A stretch of 11,577 nucleotides of DNA from Snowella sp. Its GTDB lineage: Bacteria; Cyanobacteriota; Cyanobacteriia; Cyanobacteriales; Microcystaceae. Where the stretch lies: assembly GCA_035285545.1 (NCBI GenBank), contig JAYKGY010000047.1:1-11577 (forward strand). Direction: 5' to 3'. Below the pieces are notes generated by a model that was given only the letters and a program-made list of their open reading frames with translations, had not been told where the DNA came from and made no database searches. The translations under genes were made by a program, and so were the position numbers. Position 1 is the stretch's first letter. Each line of letters begins with the position of its first letter. This document shows positions 1 to 8,309 of this stretch, piece after piece.

Positions 1-36
1 CCTGTTCAGGCTCAACCCTAATTTCTGTGAGTCCTT

Positions 37-855
37 ATGTTAATTCTTTCCCGCGTGATCACGAAGTGTGCCTACGGCATCGCGTTCTCTCTTACTCTAA
101 CCACCTTAGCCTTGGCCGTTCCCGCCAAAGCTGAAAATATTGAGCATTTAAGTCAACTATTAGCGACCAAACAATGTCCTCTCTGTGATCTCAGCAGTAG
201 CGGCTTGGTTTTTGCAAACTTGAGTGGGGCAAATTTGGCAGGAGCCAATCTGAGTGGAGCGAACCTGAGTCAGGCCAATTTATCAGGGGCTAATTTATCA
301 GGGGCTAACTTATCCGGTGCTTCTTTCCAGAGTGCTAACCTCACAGGCGCAAACCTCAATGGCGCGATCGTCGTGGGAACGGATTTTCGAGGAGCCTATT
401 TAAATAATGCCAGCCTCATCGGAACCAGTATGGATACCGCCTATGTCCAAGGTGTCATTGGGATGCCGACTAATGCGGGATCTCCTCAAATGTTTTATGG
501 TTGGGGTTTACTCGAATCCCAAAAAGGGAACTATAAAGCCGCAATTAGCAGTTATGATAAAGCTCTAGCCATTGATCCTGATTTTGCTCAGGGGTATTTA
601 GGACGGGGTTTAGCCTTCCTGCGCTTAGGTAATGAAAAAGCGGCTCAACAAAACGTTGAATACGCCAAAAAACTCTTTGAGGAACAAAAAATTCCTGAAG
701 GGGTGGAAGTAGCTCAAAATTTTCTCACTAACTTGCAAGACGTTCAAGATGCCCGTGAAAGAGGGAAAGGAAATCCTCAATTAGATGGCATTATTCGGGG
801 AGTTGCCTCTATTGCTTTACAATTCTTGATGAAAGGCTCAGGCTTACCCTTTTAA
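37..855 (+). CDS. Secreted (periplasmic/lumenal) pentapeptide-repeat protein with C-terminal TPR repeats
   Basis: Hydrophobic signal peptide ending AVPAKA|EN; CxxC cap (CPLCDL); long A(N/D)LxG pentapeptide run (ANLSGANLAGANLSGANLSQANLSG...); TPR-like motif YGWGLLESQKGNYKAAISSYDKALAIDPDFAQGYLGRG. Exact start codon uncertain. Confidence 0.92.
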   Translation: MLILSRVITKCAYGIAFSLTLTTLALAVPAKAENIEHLSQLLATKQCPLCDLSSSGLVFANLSGANLAGANLSGANLSQANLSGANLSGANLSGASFQSANLTGANLNGAIVVGTDFRGAYLNNASLIGTSMDTAYVQGVIGMPTNAGSPQMFYGWGLLESQKGNYKAAISSYDKALAIDPDFAQGYLGRGLAFLRLGNEKAAQQNVEYAKKLFEEQKIPEGVEVAQNFLTNLQDVQDARERGKGNPQLDGIIRGVASIALQFLMKGSGLPF

Positions 856-909
856 CTATTTAGCTGTGAGTTGGTTTAAAATCGAGTTTGCATAATAAAT
901 TTTTATTCA

Positions 910-1036
910 TACCAAATTTAACAGCAAACATTATGGTTAGTTAATCCCCCCGCCTACGGCTTCCCCCCTTTGGAAGGGGGGCTAGGGGGGATAATATTGA
1001 GAATCTTATTAGCATTTTAATTCAGTTAGTTTGATA
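910..1036. mobile_element. Putative 127-bp MITE-like element with 3-bp TCA direct-repeat flanks
   Basis: Ends TACCAAATT (910-918) and AGTTTGATA (1028-1036; reverse complement TATCAAACT, 7/9 match). TCA lies at 907-909 and 1037-1039. Encloses a GC-rich branched palindrome in an AT-rich intergenic region. Confidence 0.5.
944..992. repeat. GC-rich branched palindromic repeat (cyanobacterial small dispersed/REP-like repeat), copy 1
   Basis: Outer stem ATCCCCCC (944-951)/GGGGGGAT (985-992) encloses hairpins GCC-TAC-GGC (952-960) and CCCCCCTT-TGG-AAGGGGGG (963-981). A related copy is at 10918-10964. Confidence 0.85.
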
Positions 1037-1057
1037 TCAATTTTGAAACTTCGTTTT

Positions 1058-1357
1058 ATGTTCCTAAAATTCGGGACTTACTGGCTCCTTACCCTTGGAC
1101 TATTCATTATTGGCAGTCAACCAAGTTTAGCCCTGCCGCCGCCTGATGATATTCCCGAAGAAGTATTACGGACTGAAATTATCCTCGAAGCGCGATCGCC
1201 GGAAGATGGCCGACCCCTAACCGCTGTCGAATATGCAAAAATCCGAGAAGAATTAGCCACTAGTCCCTATCCGCCCCAAGTCAGCCCAAAAATTCGCCAT
1301 CTTATTTTTTTATTACAAATTCGTAAAGCGATTCGTACCTTTTTCCCGTTTTTCTAA
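1058..1357 (+). CDS. Conserved cyanobacterial hypothetical exported protein (99 aa)
   Basis: Signal-like N-terminus ending QPSLA|LPPPDDIPEEVLRTEIILEARSPEDGRPLTAVEY, a motif I recognise from cyanobacterial hypothetical proteins; contains a HIP1 site. ATG at 1058 is preferred over TTG at 1031, which overlaps the repeat element end. Confidence 0.8.
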   Translation: MFLKFGTYWLLTLGLFIIGSQPSLALPPPDDIPEEVLRTEIILEARSPEDGRPLTAVEYAKIREELATSPYPPQVSPKIRHLIFLLQIRKAIRTFFPFF

Positions 1358-1464
1358 CCGTATTTTCCCCATCTTTTCTAAGGCGAGTTCAATCGGTTAA
1401 ACTTTTAAAGGTTGATAACTGTTTGATTCAGTGTTGAACCCATTCAATAGACCGTTGAAGAACT

Positions 1465-2445
1465 ATGAGTACGATTCAAGATTTGTCGCCTCAATCGATT
1501 AGCACTCACCCCTTAGCTGTTGTTGAAACATGGAATTTAAATAAAATTTATCGCACAGGATTTTGGCTTAACCAAAAAGTGCAATCTCTAACCGATTTTT
1601 CCCTCTCGGTACAAAAAGGGGAAACTTTTGGCCTATTAGGGCCCAATGGGGCAGGAAAAACGACTTTATTAAAAATTTTGTTAGGGGTTATTCGTCCCAC
1701 CTCTGGCCGAGCGGTGTTATTAGGTCGTCCCATCGGCGATCGCGCCATTAAAGAACGGGTGGGCTATCTGCCTGAAAATCCCTATTTTTATGACTTTCTG
1801 ACCGCTTGGGAATTCTTAGAATTTGTCGCTGGATTATTCCAAATTCCGAAATCTCAACAAACCAAACGGATTCCTGAATTATTAGATCTAGTGGGTTTAG
1901 CGCAAAAAACCGCCAAGAAAAAACAATTACGGCAGTATTCTAAGGGCATGATGCAACGGGTCGGCATGGCCCAAGCTTTGATTAATGATCCTGAATTAGT
2001 TTTCTTGGATGAACCCATGTCAGGATTAGACCCCCTCGGACGTTATCAGGTACGAGAAATTATTTTGTCGCTGAAAGAACAGGGCAAAACCATCTTTTTT
2101 AACTCCCATGTTTTAACCGATGTGGAACAAATCTGCGATCGCATTGCCATTTTAGCTAGGGGAGAATTACTTTGTGTGGGGTCTTTGGAGGAAATTTTAG
2201 GCAGTGCCAATGTTTATCAAGTCGTTGTCAAAGGCGGAACAGAAACCCAATTACAAGAATGGATTACGGGCTTAAAATTGGAAGATCATTTCTGGCACGG
2301 TCAACTTAAAAGCGATCCCCAATCCTTTATTGATGCTTTACCCCAATTAGATGCAAAATTGATTAGTCTAAACTTAGCCAGAGCCTCTTTAGAAGAATAC
2401 TTTATTCGTCAGCTTAGAGAGCGAGGAATTACCGCAAGCCAATAG
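1465..2445 (+). CDS. ABC transporter ATP-binding protein (ABC-2/exporter type)
   Basis: Walker A GPNGAGKT, signature YSKGMMQR, Walker B LVFLDEP, H-loop NSH, C-terminal SLEEYF motif. Confidence 0.95.
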   Translation: MSTIQDLSPQSISTHPLAVVETWNLNKIYRTGFWLNQKVQSLTDFSLSVQKGETFGLLGPNGAGKTTLLKILLGVIRPTSGRAVLLGRPIGDRAIKERVGYLPENPYFYDFLTAWEFLEFVAGLFQIPKSQQTKRIPELLDLVGLAQKTAKKKQLRQYSKGMMQRVGMAQALINDPELVFLDEPMSGLDPLGRYQVREIILSLKEQGKTIFFNSHVLTDVEQICDRIAILARGELLCVGSLEEILGSANVYQVVVKGGTETQLQEWITGLKLEDHFWHGQLKSDPQSFIDALPQLDAKLISLNLARASLEEYFIRQLRERGITASQ

Positions 2446-2475
2446 AAAATTATTTGCATTAAGCTGTTAATTATT

Positions 2476-2946
2476 TCAACTAACATTACTTAATGCCTCT
2501 TCATCTCGAATAATTTGTTTATAATATCGACTTTGCCAGACGGAAGACACACTTTTAATATTACAAATTTGATTAATTTTCTTGGTGACAATTGCTTTAT
2601 AGGAGCGAACAATACTAGATACTGATTCGGCAACAATATCACCGAATTTTCTATTTTTATTGCTGTTTTCTGGCGATTCAGTAATCCACAATATCCCGTG
2701 TAGATGATTGGGCATAATGATATAAACATCTAGAGCTACATTCGGAAAATGTTGAGGAATTTCTTGCCAACATTTATCTGCAATAGAACCCAACGCATTC
2801 AATCGCATTTCTCCATTTTTTATATCGCCAAAAATACATTGTTTTTGCTTCGTACAAATTGTAATGAAATACACACCTGCTTGGCTATAATTGTAATTTT
2901 TTAAACGAATAGTTTGGCAATAGTGTATCTCTGGATTGTAAGGCAT
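2476..2946 (-). pseudogene. Truncated REP-associated tyrosine transposase (RAYT/TnpA-REP, Y1 HUH family)
   Basis: MPYNPEIH..IRLKNYNYSQAGVYFITICT N-terminus (likely start ATG 2946); HUH motif MPNHLHGI; SIVRSYKA; WQSRYYKQIIRDEEAL. Stops (SNVS*NN*) just before the expected catalytic YIxxNP motif. Confidence 0.85.
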
Positions 2947-3011
2947 GGTTAAATCATGATTTTCCAATAATATTTTTATTTTTTAATCTTTATTGGTAAT
3001 TAGCAAAAAAA

Positions 3012-4886
3012 TTAATAGCTTCTTGATTGTTTACGAAATCGGGCATAGGCTTCGTTAATAATTTGCATGGCTTTAATCGCTTCTTGGGAGTTGTTTTGAT
3101 CAGGGTGAAACTGTTTAGCTAAGTAATAATAAGCGAGTTTAACTTCTTGGGGATCAGCATCAGGAGAAACGTCTAAAATTTTCCACCATTCTTGAGAAGA
3201 ATCAAAATTAAAAAAGTTAGTTTTATTATCAAATTCTCCAAAGGTTTGTTGCCAAACTTTTAAGGTGACTTTTTGTGAAAGACTTCCGCTAATTAGCGTT
3301 TGAACATCATCGCTAAAAGCGATAGGAAAACAACCTTCTAATTTTTCTATTAATTTACCTGTTTCCCAATTCCAGAGTTGAATTTCTTGATAGTTAGCAA
3401 TAGCAAAAATTTTAGATTGCTCATTAATTGCTAATGATAATATTTTAAACTCTGTATCAATGGATTTAAAAATTTGTTTTCCCGCCAACTCCCAAATATT
3501 AACTTTTCCGTCTAGGTCAGCACTGAATAAATATCGGCCATTTGCGGTAATTTTCAAGCCAGTTATTAACTGAGAATGTTCCCTTAAAATGGCTAAAGGA
3601 GTAGAACTATTGACGCTCCATAAACAAATTGTTTGATCTTCACTGGCACTGATTACGGTTTGACTATCGGGTGTAAAAATTAAGGCTGAGACTGCCTTGG
3701 AATGACCGTTGAAATTTCTTTCCCATTGACCCGTTATTTTGCCCCAAAGTTTGATTTTTTGATCTCGGCTACCACTGGCAACCCATTTACCGTCAGGGCT
3801 AATGGCTAAGGCTGAAATACTTTGTTCGTGGCTGTGGGAAGAATTATGGCTAAAAGATTGAGAAATAATTGATTTTTGGCGAAGATTTCAAGCACTAATG
3901 CGACGGTTAAACCCTGCGGCGAATAATTGATGGCTGTCTGGCGTGACCGCGATCGCTTGAATTTCTTCTCGGCTTTCAATGAAGGTGAATTTTAATTGCT
4001 TAGTCTGCAAATCCCAAAAATGAACGGTTCCGTTGCTATTACCGCTAAAAAGATATTGATTATTGGGCGCGATCGCGATAGTTGTAACATCGGGAAATTC
4101 AAAATGTTGTAAATCTGTTGCCTTCCATCTTGGAGCCGCTTGATTAGCGATGATAATTTGCTTCGTTTCTGTATCAGATTGGGTTGAATCATAGAGAATT
4201 TGGGTTTTAAGCTCTTTTTCAGTTTGCAAATAATCGTTTAACTGTTGTTTTAAATCATCTAATTCTGATTTTTTTCCTAAATCATGCCATACATAATCAG
4301 TATTATCTTCTTTTAAATTATTTTGAATAGTTGCTTTTAAGGCTTGAAATTCTTCTTCGACTTCCAAATGAGCCATTTTTTGTAGCCAAGCAACCTCTGC
4401 CAACATGGGATCTAATTCCATCATGGCTTGATTATAGAGTTCCTGCCCAGAAATCCTATCCTCCATCCGCTCAAAGGTTTGAGCAAATGATTCCTTACTC
4501 TGACCTTTGGTAAACCTTTTGATCAATTGATAAACACCTAACGCGAAAATCCCCCCTGTTGCCGCCATTGTTGCCATCCCAACCCCGAAGGCACTGCCCG
4601 CAATGCCCACCCCCACATTCCCAACGGCAGCGGAAAATCCTGCTCCTAAAACTGAGCCAACGGTCGTCACGCCTAAAATTTTTACGTCACCGGTTTCGAT
4701 TCCTTCGATAATGCCCTGAATTGCAGCCCCCGCGATCGCGCCACCAACAACGATAACGGGTGTTCCCAAAGCCATTCCACCAAAACCACCGACTACACCG
4801 ATCCCACCGACTTGGCTGGCAATGACTTGACCTGTTGTTGCTCCTACGACGACAAAACTTTCAGTATTGCGTAAATCTACCATCAT
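3012..4886 (-). pseudogene. Single 625-codon gene with one internal TGA (3888-3890): glycine-zipper membrane domain + Vipp1/PspA-like helices + 7 WD40 repeats + C-terminal DnaJ domain
   Basis: ORFs 3888..4886 and 3012..3557 share a frame. The 110 codons between them are open and encode WD40 repeats (ISALAISPDGKWVASGSRDQKIKLWG; GHSKAVSALIFTPDSQTVISASEDQTICLWS). The stop falls at the Trp position of blade 2 (RRISA*N). J-domain WWKILDV...LAKQFHPD...MQIINEAY has HPD at 3107-3099. Confidence 0.9.
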
Positions 4887-5059
4887 TCTCAGTCCAGTTT
4901 CTTAATTTATCGCTAATTGATTTATTATTATCTGATTTATATTAATTTTTCAATCGTCAATTAGAATGCAGAAATGAGTTTGAGAAAACAGCGATCGCGT
5001 AATCGCCTAAAATTCAGATAAGCAAACGCCAAAGCAACCATCTAACGTTTGTGTAAACT

Positions 5060-6622
5060 ATGCAACTTCAAAAAATTCTTGATTTTAAAAACTATAACGA
5101 TCAACAATGGACAATTTTATTTACCATCGCTGCCATATTTTTGTGGTTGATTAACTTAGGTGGTCTAAGCTTGCGGGATTGGGATGAAGGCTATTATGCC
5201 ACCGTTTCCCAAGATATGTTTCAACGCAACAGTTGGCTGTATCCGACCTATCAAGGAGAGCCTTTTTTATTAAAACCGCCCTTGATTTTTTGGTTAATTC
5301 ATCTTAGTTATTTGGTTTTTAATATCACAGATTTTTCCTCGCGTTTGCCCAGTGCATTCATTGCCGCATTAGGTGTTCCCTTAATTTATTTAATTGGTCG
5401 AGAAATCTTTGTTAACCGTTCAGCTGCGATTTTTACTGCGTCGGTTTATCTCACCCTTTTACCTGTCGTGAGATTAGGCCGATTAGCCATGCTGGATGGG
5501 ATAGTTAATACCTTCTTTTTATTGGCAATATTTGGGTTAGTCAAAGGGAAAAAATCGCCACATTGGTTAATTGTAATTGGTATCGGCTTAGGTTTAATTA
5601 CCTTAACCAAAGGGGTTTTAGTATTAGCCCTTGGTGCTATTTTATTAATTTATATTTTTTTAGATAAACAATATAAAATTTTATTTAATCCCTATTTATG
5701 GCTCGGTTTGATTCTAGGATTTATTCCAGTTTTTATCTGGTATGGTTTACAGATTCATCACTATGGTGAAACCTTTATTCAAGTCCATTTTCAATCCCAA
5801 AGCTTTGATCGCCTCTCGACGGCAGTAGAAGGTAATACGGGGCCGATTTGGTTCTATTTGGTTGAAGCTTTAAAGTATTCGGCTCCTTGGCTTTTCTTTT
5901 GTATTCCTGGGTTTTATTTTGCGGTTAAAGATTATCAACAATCTTGGGCCAAATTGATTTTAATTGGCGGAGCCGTTTATTTGGGAACAATTTCTTTAAT
6001 GACAACTAAATTGCCTTGGTATATTATGCCCTTTTATGTCTTTTTTGCTTTGGCAACGGGAGTTTATTTAGATCAACTGTGGCAGTATTCTCGAAAATAT
6101 CCCAAATTAATATTTTATTTATTGGTTTTATGTGGTGTCGTCGGTTTAGGGGGTTCAATTTATTTTGCTTTTTTTGAACAAAAAGGGTATTTAGTGTTAA
6201 TTTCATTGACATTAGGGAGCAGTTTATTATTCACTGCTTTTCAATTTTTTAAAAATCGACCCCAATTTATTCCCGCGCTAATTATTGGGCTTTATTTAAC
6301 CCTGATTTTTTTGATGCTTTCTCCCGTTTGGGTTTGGGAATTAAATGAAGCTTTTCCTGTTAAACCTGTTGCTCAATTAATTAAACAATCAACCCCTGAA
6401 AATACCATGGTTTACACTTCTTTTCCCTACAGCCGAACCAGCTTGGATTTTTATAGCGATCGCCACGTTATCGCCGCCGATGAAAATAAACTCCAAGATT
6501 TACTCACCCAATCATCCTATCTATTACTAGAGGAAGCTTTTTTTGATAAAATAAAGAATAAAAATTATCGAATTTTAGGAAAAACCGAAGGATTCGTGTT
6601 AATCTTGTCCAATCCCTCTTAA
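5060..6622 (+). CDS. ArnT/PMT-like (GT-C fold) integral membrane glycosyltransferase
   Basis: Motifs RDWDEGYYA, KPPLIFW, RLPSA, RLAMLD, LTKG, TKLPWYIMP; many transmembrane segments. Acceptor and donor cannot be determined from the sequence. Confidence 0.9.
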   Translation: MQLQKILDFKNYNDQQWTILFTIAAIFLWLINLGGLSLRDWDEGYYATVSQDMFQRNSWLYPTYQGEPFLLKPPLIFWLIHLSYLVFNITDFSSRLPSAFIAALGVPLIYLIGREIFVNRSAAIFTASVYLTLLPVVRLGRLAMLDGIVNTFFLLAIFGLVKGKKSPHWLIVIGIGLGLITLTKGVLVLALGAILLIYIFLDKQYKILFNPYLWLGLILGFIPVFIWYGLQIHHYGETFIQVHFQSQSFDRLSTAVEGNTGPIWFYLVEALKYSAPWLFFCIPGFYFAVKDYQQSWAKLILIGGAVYLGTISLMTTKLPWYIMPFYVFFALATGVYLDQLWQYSRKYPKLIFYLLVLCGVVGLGGSIYFAFFEQKGYLVLISLTLGSSLLFTAFQFFKNRPQFIPALIIGLYLTLIFLMLSPVWVWELNEAFPVKPVAQLIKQSTPENTMVYTSFPYSRTSLDFYSDRHVIAADENKLQDLLTQSSYLLLEEAFFDKIKNKNYRILGKTEGFVLILSNPS

Positions 6623-6651
6623 AGAAATGGATTTAAATTATTAGTTTACCC

Positions 6652-8244
6652 ATGACAACCAAACGATTAATTTTAAGTGTCTTAACGGTTATTTCTTTAA
6701 TTCCTTTTTTTCTGTCTTTGATCAATAGTTTGAGTGAGGCTCAGGTTCAATCCAATTTAGAACTTTCTCAAACCAATTTATTATTAGAAGCCGCTGAAAT
6801 TCGGAATCATCTAGATAGCTTAGAGGGGTCTTTAAGTGCAACACAAATTCAATCTTTACAGCAATTGTTATTAGGGGAGAAACCCTACGAAATTGCCCAA
6901 CAACAATATGAGTCAGCCCAAAAAGCCATTAATAAAAATCTAGAACAACTGAAAACTAATTTAAGCAAGCTCACCCAAACGGTGGGTTTACAGCAGGATG
7001 GGGCAACGGATTTCAAGTTAGTCCAAGCGAACCCTGCTCAAGAAAAAATTTTCAAACAAGCGATCGCCAAAGAAACCCTCAATTTAGAACAACTGAACTT
7101 AAGACTAGGATTACTGAAGGCCCAACAGGAGAATATCACAGCGGCCCAACAGGATTGGCAAAAATTAATTGAATTAGATCTAAATAATACAAAAACAGTT
7201 GCTATCCAAGAAACTGCCGCCGTTTTAAAAGATTTATGGAGTAAGCCCCCTGCTATTGCGGATAATGCCGAAGCGATTTTAAGCCAAAATTTAAAAGGGT
7301 GGTTTCGTTACCGTGCCCTAGAGCGACTTTATACCGTTACGAATCAAACCCAGTCCCAAGCGGCATTGCAACAACAAGAAGCCCAAGTTGCTAGCCAGTC
7401 CATTCTTAAACTGTTGGCCATTAGTACCTTGCCCTTATTGGGCGGAATTGCGGGTTCTCTGTTATTAATTGTCCTTTTTGTCCAGTGGGGCGTTAAAAAA
7501 GACCAGGCTATTCTCGCTCAACAGGCTAATACCTCTTGGGAAACGCCTTGGAATTGGGAAATCATTTGGCAGGTTTTGATTGTGGGCTTTTTCTTTATTG
7601 GGCAAATTGGCCTGCCTTTGCTCTTGGGTTTGGTGCAGTTTGATGCGTCGAGCCTCACGCTACGGGGGAAAGCCTATTACGTGCTAGGCAGTTATGTTGC
7701 GATGACCCTGAGTGGTCTGGTCGTTCTTTATCTGTCCCTGAAACCGTTTATTCCCCTACCGCCCGATTGGTTTCGTTTTAAGCTCGGCGATCGCGCGTTG
7801 TTGTGGGGGATTGGGGGCTATTTAACCGCGTTACCCTTAGTTGTCATCGTTTCCTTACTTAATCAACTAATTTGGCAAGGTCAGGGGGGCAGTAATCCCC
7901 TCTTATTTCTGGCATTGGAAGCCCAGGATAAGGTCGTACTCGCCATTTTCTTTTTTACGGCTTGTGTGGCGGCTCCCTTCTTTGAAGAGTTGATGTTTCG
8001 AGGGTTTCTGTTGCCTTCGTTAACGCGCTACGTTCCTGTCTGGCAGGCCATTGGCCTCAGTAGCCTGCTGTTTGCCGTTGCCCACCTTAATTTGTCGGAA
8101 GTTTTGCCCCTGGCGATGTTGGGAGTCATTCTCGGTGTCGTTTACACGCGATCGCGCAATCTTTTGTCTTCTATGTTGTTACACAGTCTATGGAACAGTG
8201 GCACCCTAATTAGTCTCTTTATTTTAGGCAGTAGCGGAAGTTAA
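6652..8244 (+). CDS. CPBP-family (type II CAAX/Abi) intramembrane glutamic endopeptidase with long helical N-terminal domain
   Basis: Motifs EExxxR (FEELMFRG), FxxxH (FAVAH) and HxxxN (HSLWN) in a multi-TM C-terminal half; N-terminal anchor plus Gln-rich coiled-coil region. Confidence 0.92.
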   Translation: MTTKRLILSVLTVISLIPFFLSLINSLSEAQVQSNLELSQTNLLLEAAEIRNHLDSLEGSLSATQIQSLQQLLLGEKPYEIAQQQYESAQKAINKNLEQLKTNLSKLTQTVGLQQDGATDFKLVQANPAQEKIFKQAIAKETLNLEQLNLRLGLLKAQQENITAAQQDWQKLIELDLNNTKTVAIQETAAVLKDLWSKPPAIADNAEAILSQNLKGWFRYRALERLYTVTNQTQSQAALQQQEAQVASQSILKLLAISTLPLLGGIAGSLLLIVLFVQWGVKKDQAILAQQANTSWETPWNWEIIWQVLIVGFFFIGQIGLPLLLGLVQFDASSLTLRGKAYYVLGSYVAMTLSGLVVLYLSLKPFIPLPPDWFRFKLGDRALLWGIGGYLTALPLVVIVSLLNQLIWQGQGGSNPLLFLALEAQDKVVLAIFFFTACVAAPFFEELMFRGFLLPSLTRYVPVWQAIGLSSLLFAVAHLNLSEVLPLAMLGVILGVVYTRSRNLLSSMLLHSLWNSGTLISLFILGSSGS

Positions 8245-8309
8245 CTGGTAGGATTAACCCTAAATCGCTTAGGTGCTGGCAAAAATAAACGGATTTAATT
8301 GATGAGCTT

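Noticed and set aside
214..363. 15-bp periodic DNA repeats (e.g. GCYAATTTATCAGGG) as a CRISPR or VNTR
   Set aside because: Fully explained by pentapeptide-repeat coding; no spacers.
1340..1460. Imperfect duplication TTTTCCC..TTTTCTAA and TTCAA/TTGAA inverted repeats upstream of the ABC ATPase
   Set aside because: Short, low-complexity and matching no regulator consensus I can name.
1548..1748. 66-aa minus-strand ORF
   Set aside because: Antisense shadow inside the ABC ATPase; no recognisable motif.
2490..2729. 79-aa alternative-frame ORF in the RAYT as a frameshifted C-terminus
   Set aside because: Contains no YIxxNP or other RAYT motif; the main frame already carries the conserved motifs over this span.
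3888..3890. Genome-wide TGA=Trp recoding (no intact gene in the window ends in TGA)
   Set aside because: All other Trp codons in the long ORFs are TGG despite AT-rich DNA, cyanobacteria use code 11, and nine TAA/TAG stops is too small a sample.
3992..4513. Short ORFs 3992..4192 (-) and 4331..4513 (+)
   Set aside because: Out-of-frame or antisense overlaps of the WD40-J gene with no independent support.
6652..8244. CPBP/'Abi' protein as a phage abortive-infection system
   Set aside because: The Abi label for this protease family is historical; there is no defence-island context and the gene carries HIP1 sites like native genes.
8240..8309. Pho box upstream of the PstS-like genes
   Set aside because: TTAAC half-sites (GTTAACTG at 8240, ATTAACCC at 8253) are 13 bp apart rather than forming the 11-bp-period tandem array expected for SphR.
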